DNA of 64,000 bases, taken from Mustelus asterias (lineage: Eukaryota). The notes beneath the pieces were generated by a model that saw nothing but the letters and a program-made list of their open reading frames with translations, ran no database searches and was not told where the DNA came from. Below are positions 1 through 11,200 of the stretch, piece by piece (within the stretch, counting starts at the first letter, position 1; each line of letters starts with the position of its first letter). Made by a program: the position numbers and the translations under genes. The stretch spans positions 59,644,001 to 59,708,000 of the forward strand of contig NC_135804.1 in the NCBI RefSeq assembly GCF_964213995.1. Direction: 5' to 3'.

Positions 1-1570
1 TGGCATCAAGATAGATAAGTCGCCGGGTCCGGATGGGATGTACCCCAGGTTACTGTGGGAGACGAGGGAAGAGATTGCAGAGCCTCTGGCGATGATCTTT
101 GCGTTGTCGATGGAGACGGGAGAGGTGCCGGAGGATTGGAGGATTGCGGATGTGGTTCCTATTTTCAAGAAGGGAAATAGGGATAGCCCAGGAAATTACT
201 GACCGGTGAGTCTAACCTCAGTGGTTGGGAAGCTGATGGAGAAGATCCTGAGGGACAAGATTTATGAGCATTTGGAGAGGTTTAGTATGCTCAAGAATAC
301 TCAGCATGGCTTTGTCAAAGGCAGATCGTACCTTACGAGCCTGGTGGAGTTCCTCGAAAATGTGACGAAACACATTGACGAAGGGAAAGCAGTAGATGTT
401 GTTTATATGGATTTTAGCAAGGTGTTCGATAAGGTCCCCCATGCAAGGCTTCTAGAAAAAGTGAGAGGGCATGGGATGCAAGAGGCTGCTGCCCTGTGGA
501 TCCAGAACTGGCTCGCCCAAAGGAGGCAGAGAGTGTGTAAAAATGGGTCTTTTTCTAAATGGACGTCGGTCACCAGTGGTGTGCCCCGGGGATCTGTTCT
601 GGGACCCTTGCTGTTTGGCATTTCCATAAATGTCCTGGATGAGAAAGTGGAGGGATGGGTTGGTAAGTTTGCCAACGACACGAAGGTTGGTGGGGTTGTG
701 GATAGTCTGGAGGGATGTCAGAAGTTACAGAGGGACATAGATAGGATGCAAGACTGGGCGAGAAGTGGCAGATGGGCTTCAACCCAGATAAATGCGTCGT
801 GGTCCATTTTGGCAGGTCAAATGGGATGAAGGAGTACAATATTAAGGGAAAGACTCTTAGTACTGTGGAGGATCAGAAGGACCTTGGGGTCCGAGTCCAT
901 AGGACTCTAAAATCGGCCCCGCAGGTGGAGGAGGTGGTTAAGAAGATGTATGGTGTGCTGGCCTTTATCAATCGAGGGATTGAGTTTAGGAGTCCGGGGA
1001 TAATGATGCAGCTATATAAGACCCTCGTCAGACCCACTTGGAGTACTGTGCCCAGTTCTGGTCGCCTCATTACAGGACGGATGTGGAAAAGATTGAAAGT
1101 GTGCAGAGGCGATTTACAAGGATGTTGCCTGGATTGAGGGCATGCCTTATGAGGAAAGGCTGAGGGGGCTCGGTCTTTTCTCCTTGGAGAGACGTAGGAT
1201 GAGAGGAGACCTAATAGAGGTATATAAGATGTTGAGAGGCATAGATCGGGTGGACTCTCAGAGGCTTTTTCCCAGGGTGGAAATGGCTGCTACGAGAGGA
1301 CACAGGTTTAAGGTGCTGGGGGGTAGGTACAGGGGAAATGTTAGGGGGAAGTTTTTCTCAAAGAGGGTGGTGGGCGAGTGGAATCGGTGCCGTCAGTGGT
1401 GGTGGAGGCAAACTCAATAGGTTCTTTTAAGTAACTCCTGGATGAGTACATGGGAATTAATAGGATGGAGGGTTATAGATAGGCCTAAAGGGTAGGGATA
1501 TGTTCGGCTCAACTTGTGGGGCCGAAGGGCCTGTTTTGTGCTGTAGTTTTCTATGTTTCTATGTTTCTAA
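1..1570 (+). mobile_element. CR1-clade LINE (HER1-like), 3' part of ORF2 plus tail, frameshifted
   Basis: RT motifs across ORFs 206..829, 772..1137 and 1142..1420 ([37 protein letters not shown]) are split by frameshifts. The element ends in a gggccgaagggcctg hairpin and a (TTTCTATG)n tail. Confidence 0.93.
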
Positions 1571-2387
1571 TGCATTTGATCATCTGATCTTCTCTGCATC
1601 TGCGATCGGCTGAAGAATACTATTAGCTTCCGTCGATTTGAACAATGGCCAGAGTTTAGATAAAGTGACCATCTTGCTCTGTGTGACACATTAGTACATT
1701 GTGGGTACAATATACGCTTAGTGTTTCTCTCAGTGTCAAATATAACGTGCTGCAGTTGGTCACAGTATCAACAAGCACAGTTCTTCCTAATTTACGGTGA
1801 AAGACTCTACTGGTAAAAAAAAAGCCGAAGGATCTGAGAAAAAATTTCGTCACATAATTGTGCAAGGCGTATTTGTATAAAAATGCATGTTCCAAAACTG
1901 TGATTGGTTTAAGATGATTTTTCTTCGCAAAAGTGGTGGCCGCTCCATATTGGCTTAATTGCAGATGAATGCTCTTATAAATCTTCACATACCATGTGTC
2001 TGAGTGTGTAAGTAGCTTCAGCATTCGTTCATGGTCGGGGCAAAATTTTCTGCTTTGAGAAGCAGTTCTGCATCGCTCTGTCCAGTAGGGAGATAGGTTA
2101 ATTTAAAAAACTTTTGAGAAAATGTTGTTTATCTGTTCACACAAAACGTGCCATTTTGTGTTCAGTAAACATTGATCTGTGGCACGTAAGCTCCTTGGAG
2201 TGGCAATCACCGGCGGATTGCCACTCCGGAGGGACTCACATTCGTTATAATTCCAAAGCCACTGTCGTGCCCAACATTCGTCTCTCAGAACTGGTGAGGC
2301 AGGTGCACAGGCAAAGGAAGGCACGCCCCTTTCTGGGCACAAGCCAATCCTGTGATTTCACAGCCTGATTTTAGTTCTCTGTCGTTC

Positions 2388-2512
2388 TCCTCCCGGTCAG
2401 CTTCACAGTGATCCTGGCCTGATTCACACTCCTCCCGGTCTGCCTCATACTGATCGTGACCTGTTCCACACTCCTCCCGATCAATGTCACGCCGAGGCTA
2501 ACCTGCTACACA
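2388..2512 (-). repeat. Three diverged 42-bp tandem units; possible relic coding repeat
   Basis: Units begin ctcctcccg with a 42-bp period. The minus strand reads CVAG*PRRDIDREE / CGTGHDQYEADREE / CESGQDHCEADREE. Confidence 0.7.
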
Positions 2513-2679
2513 TCTGCAATCCGTCAACAATCATTGATGAAGCTGACCACACTGTTCTTCTACAGCCTCTCACCATGGCCCAAATGAATGTCTATGCAGT
2601 TGCGTGGTTCCATTCTTCTATTATTGATTCCTAATCAGTGAATAACAATCGATGATTTCTCTCATCGTTCCTGTAGTGC

Positions 2680-3970
2680 TGCTATTGTCTCCCAAAGAAG
2701 GTACTCTGGCTTTGTGCTTGTTCTCATCTATATGCTTCCCCGCTGAGATCTCATCCTAATACAGTGTCAGGGTTTACATCTAGGTTGACGACACACAGCC
2801 GTACCTCACCACAGCCTCTCTCAATGGCTCCCCATCCCTAAATTGTCACAATGGTTGTACAACCTCCAGTACTGGACTAAATAATCCTGCAACTAAATAT
2901 TAAGAGGTCCAACCCGTTTGTATTTGGTCTGCCACGCCATCCGTCCCCGTGTCTTTCTCGCTGGCAAGTGTCTAGGATTGATTAGAAATGTCGAAAAAAA
3001 ATGTTCTTATATTTCTCCGTGAAATGTCTTTCCGATCAGAAATCCAGGCCGTCAATAAGGCCATCAATTTAAACTCGTAACATTTCCTGACTCAATTGCT
3101 GCTCCAGCTGATTTGCTTCCAAATCCTCATCCGTGTCCTTTTCACCTCTGGATGTAACTCTACCAATGCATTCATTAACGTCCTCTTGCAACTCGGGAAA
3201 CGTTGTCTGCCTGATACGCTGCAAGAAAGGGTGACCCGAGGCATGTAGATTGACCAGACCATGGAGAGACTAGGACAGTGGATGAATGGACACCACTCGA
3301 GAATCACCAGGCAGGAGTGTTCCCTTCCTGTCGGGGAACACTTCAGAAGTCGAGGGCATTCAGCCTCTGATCTTCAGGTAAGCGCTCTCCAACGCGGCGT
3401 TCAAGACACATGACAGCGGACAATCGCCGAGCAGAAACTGATAGCCAAGTTTCGCACACATGAGGACGGCCTCAACCGGGATCTGGGTTCATGCCACACT
3501 AACTGTAAGCCCCCACGACTTGCCTGGACTTGCAAAATCTCGTTAACTGTCCTCGCTTGAAACAATTCACACCTCTTTAATCTCTACTTAACCCTCTCTC
3601 CACTCGCATTGTCTGCACCTGTTAAGACTCGCATTCCAACCATTATCTTGCAAATTGAGTCAATGTCTCCATATGCCCTATTTGTGAACCCAATCCTCCA
3701 CTTGCTTGTTGAAGGAGCAGCGCTCCGAAAGCTCGTGCTACCAAATAGGCCTGTTGGACTTTAACCTGGTGTTGTGAGACTTTTTACTGTTTTAATTCCA
3801 TGAAGGTGTTATTTGATACTTTTCGCCATATAAACCTCTGAAGCATTTATGTCGTCCAATTCAGATTTCTGCAGCATTCGTTGTTTGAAATGGTCCTGTA
3901 CTGGCGGCCCTGCCTTGATTAGTGACTTTCCTAAATTGTGGCATTCTCTCCCGAATTCATTCCGCCTGCG
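2680..3970 (+). mobile_element. Ancient L2-like LINE remnant, interrupted by a Penelope-like element
   Basis: Decayed equivalent of FHMYADDTQLYLT near 2770-2810. An L2-type 3' segment (ggcggccctgcc...tggcattctctccc) lies at 3900-3970. Confidence 0.55.
3215..3790 (+). mobile_element. Penelope-like element 3' end (GIY-YIG endonuclease remnant plus pseudo-LTR)
   Basis: Degenerate translation resembles MNGH...ITRQECSLPVGEHF...GHSASDL...IAEQKLIAKFRTHEDGLNRD. It is followed by gaaggagcagcgctccgaaagc and ctgttggactttaacctggtgttgtgagac. Confidence 0.8.
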
Positions 3971-4789
3971 GAATGTAGAGCTCCAAGTGAAGACAGAAGA
4001 AACTATCTACCTTTAAAGAGGCTGCACCAGCACTGAAACTCGAGAAATTATAACAGTTGTTATGCAAGGCTAGCTCGTTTTCAGGCTGTTGCACTCAGCA
4101 GATAAATGTATTCTGCTGTAGCAGAGATGAGCTAAAGAGGCATGTTCGTTAATTAGCTTTCGAAACCCATGCGTCCGTATCAATATTTAGCAACACGTGT
4201 TAGTAATAGCAGAACAAACCCACCAGCACTTCAGCTTATCGTTTCAATGTGTTGACCTTTCCATTGCCGTTCATGAATCCCTACTTTCAATGTTAAAAAT
4301 CTTGCTGATCCGAGGAAGGTATCATAGACAGGTTTCATTGTTCACAGCCAACGTTGCGGTGGAGCGAGCACGTCAGGCTCCTGGGATTGTTCTGGCGTAA
4401 AACATTAATCTGGGCACTACTGTTGATCAATTTGAGGGTTTTCACTCCCAGTGTACATTGCTGTTTCTTTTTAGATAAATACTAATCTAGAAATCTGCCT
4501 GAAGACAGAAAGCCAACATATGCTCCCAATTGCATTCCAAGTTGGACACTTTGTCAATAAGCATTCACAGCCACTTATAATTGCCATGTATGTTCGAGTC
4601 ACCATATTTCTTTTTTTTATCTGTTTGCGTATAACCTTTTCAGAACATCTTTAGAATAACCATTCGTGTGTTTCTTAAAGGGAATGCAAACTTCTCAAAA
4701 GAGTTATTTTATATTCGTTCAGTTATGCAGTGGGAAATATATTTTAACGTATTATTAATCCCAAGTCCCATTTTATGGAGAGATCTGGC

Positions 4790-5135
4790 AGGAAGGCCGA
4801 TGCCCAGTGAACTAGGAATGCAGGAATCCTGAGCAATGCTCTGCGGCCACGGGTTCGATTCCCACTATGGCCCATGAGGAAATTTGAATTCAATTGAAAA
4901 AATCTGAAATTGAAAAGTCGAATGATGACCATGAAAGCATTGTCGTAAAAAAACAACCTGGTTCTTTAATGCCCTTCAGGGAAGGACATTTGCCATCCTT
5001 TCCATGCCTGGCCTACATGTGACTTCAGAAAGACAGCAATGTATTTGACTTTTAACTGCCCTCTGATATGACCTAGTAAGGCACTTAGAAGGGCAACAAA
5101 TGCTGGCCTGGTCAGCGATGCCTACTTCCTAACAG
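4790..5135 (+). mobile_element. tRNA-derived SINE (core ctggttc..taatg.c.ttcagggaagg; SlmI/MetaSINE-like, tentative)
   Basis: B-box-like gggttcgattccc, a conserved core and the tail gggcaacaaatgctggcctggtcagcgatgcc. Related copies occur elsewhere in the window. Confidence 0.75.
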
Positions 5136-5149
5136 AAAAATTCTATCCG

Positions 5150-6090
5150 TGATCAGTAGTGATAGGCAATAACATCTCCTTCATGATTATCCTCAACACC
5201 GGTGCCCCACAAGGCTGTGTCCTGAGCCCACTACTATGCTCCTTATACACCTATGACTGTGTGGTCAAATTCCTCTCCAACTCGATTTTCAAGCTTGCTG
5301 ACGACACCATCATAGTCGGATCTAAAACAATGATGGGACGGAATACAGCACCTAGAGAATTGGCGCAACAACAATAATCCCTCCCTCAATGTTAGTGAAA
5401 CGAAGGAGAGAGTCATCGACCTCAGGAAGCGTAGTGGAGAACATGCCCCTGTCGACATCAACGGGGATGAAGTGGAAATGATTGAGAGCTTCAAATTTCT
5501 TGGTGTCCAAATCACCAACCACCTGCCCTGGACACTTGACACTGACGCTATAGCTAAGAAAGTCCACCAACACCTCTACTTTCTCAGGGGCCTAAGGAAA
5601 TTCGGTATGTCCGCTACAACTCTCACCAAATTTTACAGATGCACCAGAGAAAGCAATATTTCTGGATATATCACAGCTTGGTATGGCTCCTGCTCTGACC
5701 AAGACCTCAAGGCATTAAAACGGGTCGTGAACGAAGCCCAGTCCATTACGCAAACTAACCTTCCATACATTGACTCTGTCTGCACTTCCCGCTGCCACGG
5801 AAAAGTAGCCAGCATAATCAAGGACCCCATGCACCCCGGATATACTCTCTTCCACATTCTTCCATTGGGAAAAAGATACAAAAGTCTAAGGTCACATTCC
5901 AAATGAATCAAGAACAGTTTATTCCCTGCTGTCATCGGACCTTTGAATAGACCTACCGTATATTAAGTTGATCTTTCTCGACAGCCTAGATAGGACTGTA
6001 ACACGACACGGCGTTATGCTTTGTCTCTCTCGGAGCAACAAACAATACTTTTACTGTATACTACTATATGTGACAATAAAGATCAATTTA
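5150..6090 (+). mobile_element. Rex1/Babar-clade LINE, 5'-truncated
   Basis: ORF fragments GAPQGCVLSPLLCSLYTYDCV..KLADD, ESFKFLGVQIT and LYFLRGLRKFGMS. The 3' end is tgtgacaataaa. Confidence 0.85.
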
Positions 6091-7295
6091 AAAGCAGCGA
6101 CTTAAAATGGAAGTCCCTTGCCTGTGTGTTTACAAATGGTAATGTGCTACCTCTGTTCAATGAAATTGGATGACAAGATGTTGTAATGGTTTTGTTTTTG
6201 CAAAACTCTCCATCATTTCCATCTCCAAATTTACGATATACAGTAGGAGGATAAGAGTCAACTTAATAAGGAACGCTTCTCAGCAAGTGCCCAGAATTTG
6301 TTTAAAGTTGGCTTTTCTGGCTGATTTTGGACAATATGCAGAAGCTGTAACTTCTGAGTCACTGAGATCAGTGTTACGGTATTTCAGCATATAGGAAAAA
6401 TGCAATACATGTGGGAGATGTAAACTTAACTTTCCTAAAACTTGTGCAATCATTCGTAAAAAAAAGACAGACAATGTATGCAAGAAGATGCCTTCAGTCA
6501 TAGAAAGAAATTAATTAAATAATTGTCAGTAGACGAAACAGTTAGATTTTTCCTGTTGTAACGATAGTGCTGTTCGGAAAGGTACAGCGACGTGTAAAAT
6601 AGGACATCCGTTGCACGTGTGTGTCGCTATAATTATACATTGAAACGCGATGTAAAATAACTGCTGCTATTGAATACTCGATACGTCCACAGTGTGTTGC
6701 AATGTTGTTACATTTAGAACCGACATGTTCGCATTTCGAGAAGACCGAGTGAAATACGTCCACTGCCAAGTTCCAATCGTCAATACGCCTTGTCAATATT
6801 TAGCAATGTATAAGTGTAGCTCAAAGCAGAAACTTACAATTGGTTTGCACGTTATCAGCTTATCCAGATAAAGAGCCAACACAATAATCTTTTACATACC
6901 GTAAGTAGAGGTGCCACTATTTGGGTTAATTTAGCATCAACATTATTTTCAGTACTTTGTTTCCGTATTGAGTCAACTATTGTTTTTCAGGTCAGAAAAT
7001 TAAACGTTAGGTAAACCAAAGTATTATGACAGTTGAACAGTTGCCCATTTACTTGCATTTTTCAGGATCCATCTCTTTCCGGACAAATATTTTGTCGTCA
7101 GCCGAACGAAACGGATCAAATCCCAACGGATTAAAAAAAAATGAACATGGCTTTATCTGTGGAAGTATTTGAAGAAACAAATAAGACAACAGAGAAAGAA
7201 GCTGCAGAAAATGCCGACTGTCTGGAGAAAGAAAATGACAATCTAGCACTATAGGAGAATGACGCTTGGATGACGAACACATGAACTTTGTCATA

Positions 7296-7523
7296 TAAAT
7301 CATAGAAACCCTACAGTGCAAAAGGAGGCCATTCGGCCCATCGAGTCCACACCGACCACAATCCCACCCAGGCCCTACCCCCACATATTTACCCGCTAAA
7401 CCCTCTAACCTACGCATCTCAGGACTCTAAGGGGCAATTGTTTTTCTAACCTGGCCAATCAACCTAACCCGCACATCTTTGGACTGTGGGAGAAAACCGG
7501 AGCACCCGGAGGAAACCCACGCA
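7296..7523 (-). mobile_element. HE1-type V-SINE, 5'-truncated
   Basis: Reverse complement matches the 3' two-thirds of the SINE copies at 29407 and 49656. Confidence 0.9.
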
Positions 7524-8246
7524 GATTTCCATTTTGCAATAATGGAATTCGATGCATCCCCATAAAGGAGAGCTTTGATTGCTCTGGAGAAAAAAATCAG
7601 GAGTGGGAATAATTGGGCAATGCTGTCAAATTGCCAGCACGGATCAAACGGTCGCCTTCTCAGATGCAGGATTCCATAATTCGACATGGTGTCGTGTGGA
7701 AATAGATATTTGTAAAGCAAGAAACAACTTGAAGCTACTTTCAGTAAGTTGATAGGGAAATCCGAGTATTCAGCTTCACCCGCTTTCTATCAGGAGCATC
7801 AGCTGAACTGGATGTGACGCACTGGCATGTACTCAACGTGATAACGGGACGTATGAATCTACACGCAGGTTTTTCTGCGTTACTGAACAAAGTGAACACT
7901 GATCGTTAATTTGTAAGAATTCGTAGAAAACCGATTTTTAAATTTTACTTTACTATGCAGATAATTAGGTACCACAAGACACAATGTATCGTTGTAGCCG
8001 AAGGAACATATTTGTCATTATTTAAAAAAAATACTCATTGAACAATACTGTATGACAAGAAAGTTACTTTCTTCCTAAAGCAACGAAAATAAACTTCTTA
8101 AAATAACTGAGTAGCAAGTGACTACCATGTATTGCATTATCTGATAGACACGGTATCATACAGTTCAAATACTCCTGCCAGCGGTACGGCAAAGGGACGC
8201 GATCAGTGTAGACTACAGAAGTGAATTCTGCGTCGAAATTCAATGG

Positions 8247-11200
8247 CTAATTGTTTTTCGCCTCCATATAGCCAGTCTCTTTTACTCCATTTTGTTTCGC
8301 TCTCCGCAGTTGGGCATATTCAGTGCACCTTTCGTTAGCTTTGCCTTGTCTGAGCCAGTCAACGCTACACGTGAGTATATCAGGTCATTACCGACTTTCC
8401 TTTGTTGCGTCTGCAAGGTCAATGTTTGAAAATATTGTTTATTGGTTGCTTCGCAAGTCCGCTGTTCAAAAGATTCATCAGAAAGACACGCAGATCATCT
8501 TATAGACAGCATACGGGCAAAGTCAACAGAGACATATTTACTGCTACGTTCCTGGGTTTAGATGTTTCAGTAAGTGTAGGGAAGCTGGTAAAAGAGGTAG
8601 AGGAGTAGCATTGTTAATCAAGGATAGTTTAATGGCTGCGGAAAGGCACTTCGAGGGGGATCTACATACTGAGGTAATATGGGCTGAAGTTAGAAATAGG
8701 AAAGGAGCGGTCATGTTGTTAGGAGTTTACGATAGGCCCCCAAATAGTAATAGAGATGTGGAGGAAGAAATTGCTGAGCAGATTATGGATAGGTGTGGGG
8801 GTCACAGGGTAGTTGTCATGGGGGACTTTAACTTCCAAATATTGATTGGAACCTTTGTAGGTCGATTAGTTCAAATGGGGCAGTTTTTGTGCAGTGTGTA
8901 CAGGAGGGTTTCCTGACACAATATGGGAATAGGCCGAGAAGATGTGTGGCCACATTGGATTTGGTACTGGGAAATGAACCGGGCCAAGTGTTAGATTTGG
9001 TTGTGGGAGAGCACTTTGGAGATAGTGACCCCAATTTGGTGACTTTTGTTATTGCAATGGAGAGGGATAGGGCCGTACGGCAGGGCAAGGTTTATAATTG
9101 GGGGAGAGGTAATTATGATGCGATTAGGCAAGAATTAGGGGGCATAAGATGGGAACAGAAACTGTCAGGGAAAGGCACAAATGAAAAGTGGAACTTTTTT
9201 AAGGAACAAATACTGTGTGTCCTTGAGAGGTATGTCCCTGTCAGGCAGGGAGGAAATGGCTGAGTGAGGGAACCATGGTTCACAAAAGAGGTGGAATGTC
9301 TTGTAAGAAGGAAGAGGGAAGCTCATGTAGGGATGAGGAAACAAGGTTCAGATGGCTCGATTGAGGGTTACAAGTTAGCAAGGAATGAGCTGAAAAAGGG
9401 GCATAGGAGAGCTAGGAGAAGTCCTTGGCGGGTCGGATCAAGGAAAACCCCAAGGCTTTTTAGTCTTATGTGAGGCATAACAGAATGACCAGGATGAGGT
9501 TCGGGTCGGTCAAGGACGTAGTGGGAACTTGTGTATGGAGTCAGTAGAGGTAGGAGAGGTGATGAATGAATACTTTTCTGCAGTGTTGACGAAGGAGAGG
9601 GGCCATGTTTTTGAGGAAGAGAAGGGGTTACAGGCTAATAGGCTGGAGGAAGTAGATGTTCGGAGGGAGGATGTACGAGCAGTTTTGAATAAACTGAAGG
9701 TCGATAAGTCCCCTGGGCTTGATGAAATATATCCTAGGATTATTTGGGAGGCAAGGGATGAGATTGCAGAGCCTTTGGCTTTGATCTTTGGGTCCTCACT
9801 GTCCACGGGGATAGGGCTAGAGGACTGGAGAGTGGCGAATGTTGTTCCTCTGTTTAAGAAAGGGAATAGAAATGACCCTGGTAATTATAGGCCGGTTAGT
9901 CTTACTTCCGTGGTTGGTAAGTTGATGGAAAAGGTCCTTGCGGTTGGGATTTATGACCATTTAGAAAGATGCGGATTAATCCGGGATAGTCAGCATGGAT
10001 GCATGAAGGGCAAGTCGTGCCTCACAAATTTGATTGAATTTTTTGAGGAGGTAACTAAGTGTGTTGATGAAGGTAGGGCAGTTGATGTCATATACATGGA
10101 TTTTAGTAAGGCATTTGATTAAGTCCCCCATGGTCAGCTTATGATGAAAGTAACGAGGTGTGGGATAGAGGGAAGGTTGGCTGATTGGATAGGTAACTGG
10201 CTATCTGATCGAAGACAGAGGGTGGTGGTGGATGGAAAATTTTCAGACTGGAGGCAGGTTGCTAGCGGAGTGCCAGAGGGATCAGTGCTTGGTCCTCTGC
10301 TATTTGTGATTTTTATTAATGACTTAGAGGAGGGGGCTGAAGGGTGGATCAGTAAATTTGCTGATGACACCAAGATTGGTGGAGTAGTGGATGAGTTGGA
10401 GAGCTGTTGTAGACTGCAAAGAGACATAGATAAGATGCAAAGCTGGGCTGAAAATGGCAGATGGAGTTTAACCCTGATAAATGTGAGGTGATTCATTTTG
10501 GTAGGACAAATTTAAATGTGGATTCCAGGGTTAAAGGCAGGGTTCTGAAGACTGTGGAGGAACAGAGAGATCTTGGGGTCCATATCCACAGATCTCTGAA
10601 GGTTGCCACTCAAGTGGACAGAGCTGTGAAGAAGCTTTTATTAACAGGGGTTGGAGTTTAAGAGCCGTGGGGTTATGCTACACCTGTACAGGACCTTGGT
10701 GAGACCACATTTGGAATATTGTGTGCAGTTCTGGTCACCTCACTATAAGAAGGATGTGGAAGCGCTGGAAAGAGTGCAAAGGAGATTCACCAGGATGCTG
10801 CCTGGTTCGGAGGGTAGGTCTTATGAGGAAAGGTTGAGGGAGCTAGGGCTGTTCTCTCTGGAGCGGAGGAGGTTGAGGGGAGACTTAATAGAGTTTTATA
10901 AAATGATGAAGGGGATAGATAGAGTGAACGTTCAAAGACTATTTCCTCGGGTGGATGGAGCTATAACAAGGGGGTATAACTATAGGGTTCATGGTGGGAG
11001 ATATAGGAAGGATGTCCGAGGTAGATTCTTTACTCAGAGAGTGGTTGGGGTGTGGAATGGACTGCCTGCAGTGATAGTGGAGTCAGACACTTTAGGAGCA
11101 TTTAAGCGGTTACTGGATAGGCACATGGAGCACACCGGGATGATAGGGAGTGGGATAGTTTGATGAAGCTCGGCACAACATCGTGGGCCGCAGTGCCTGT

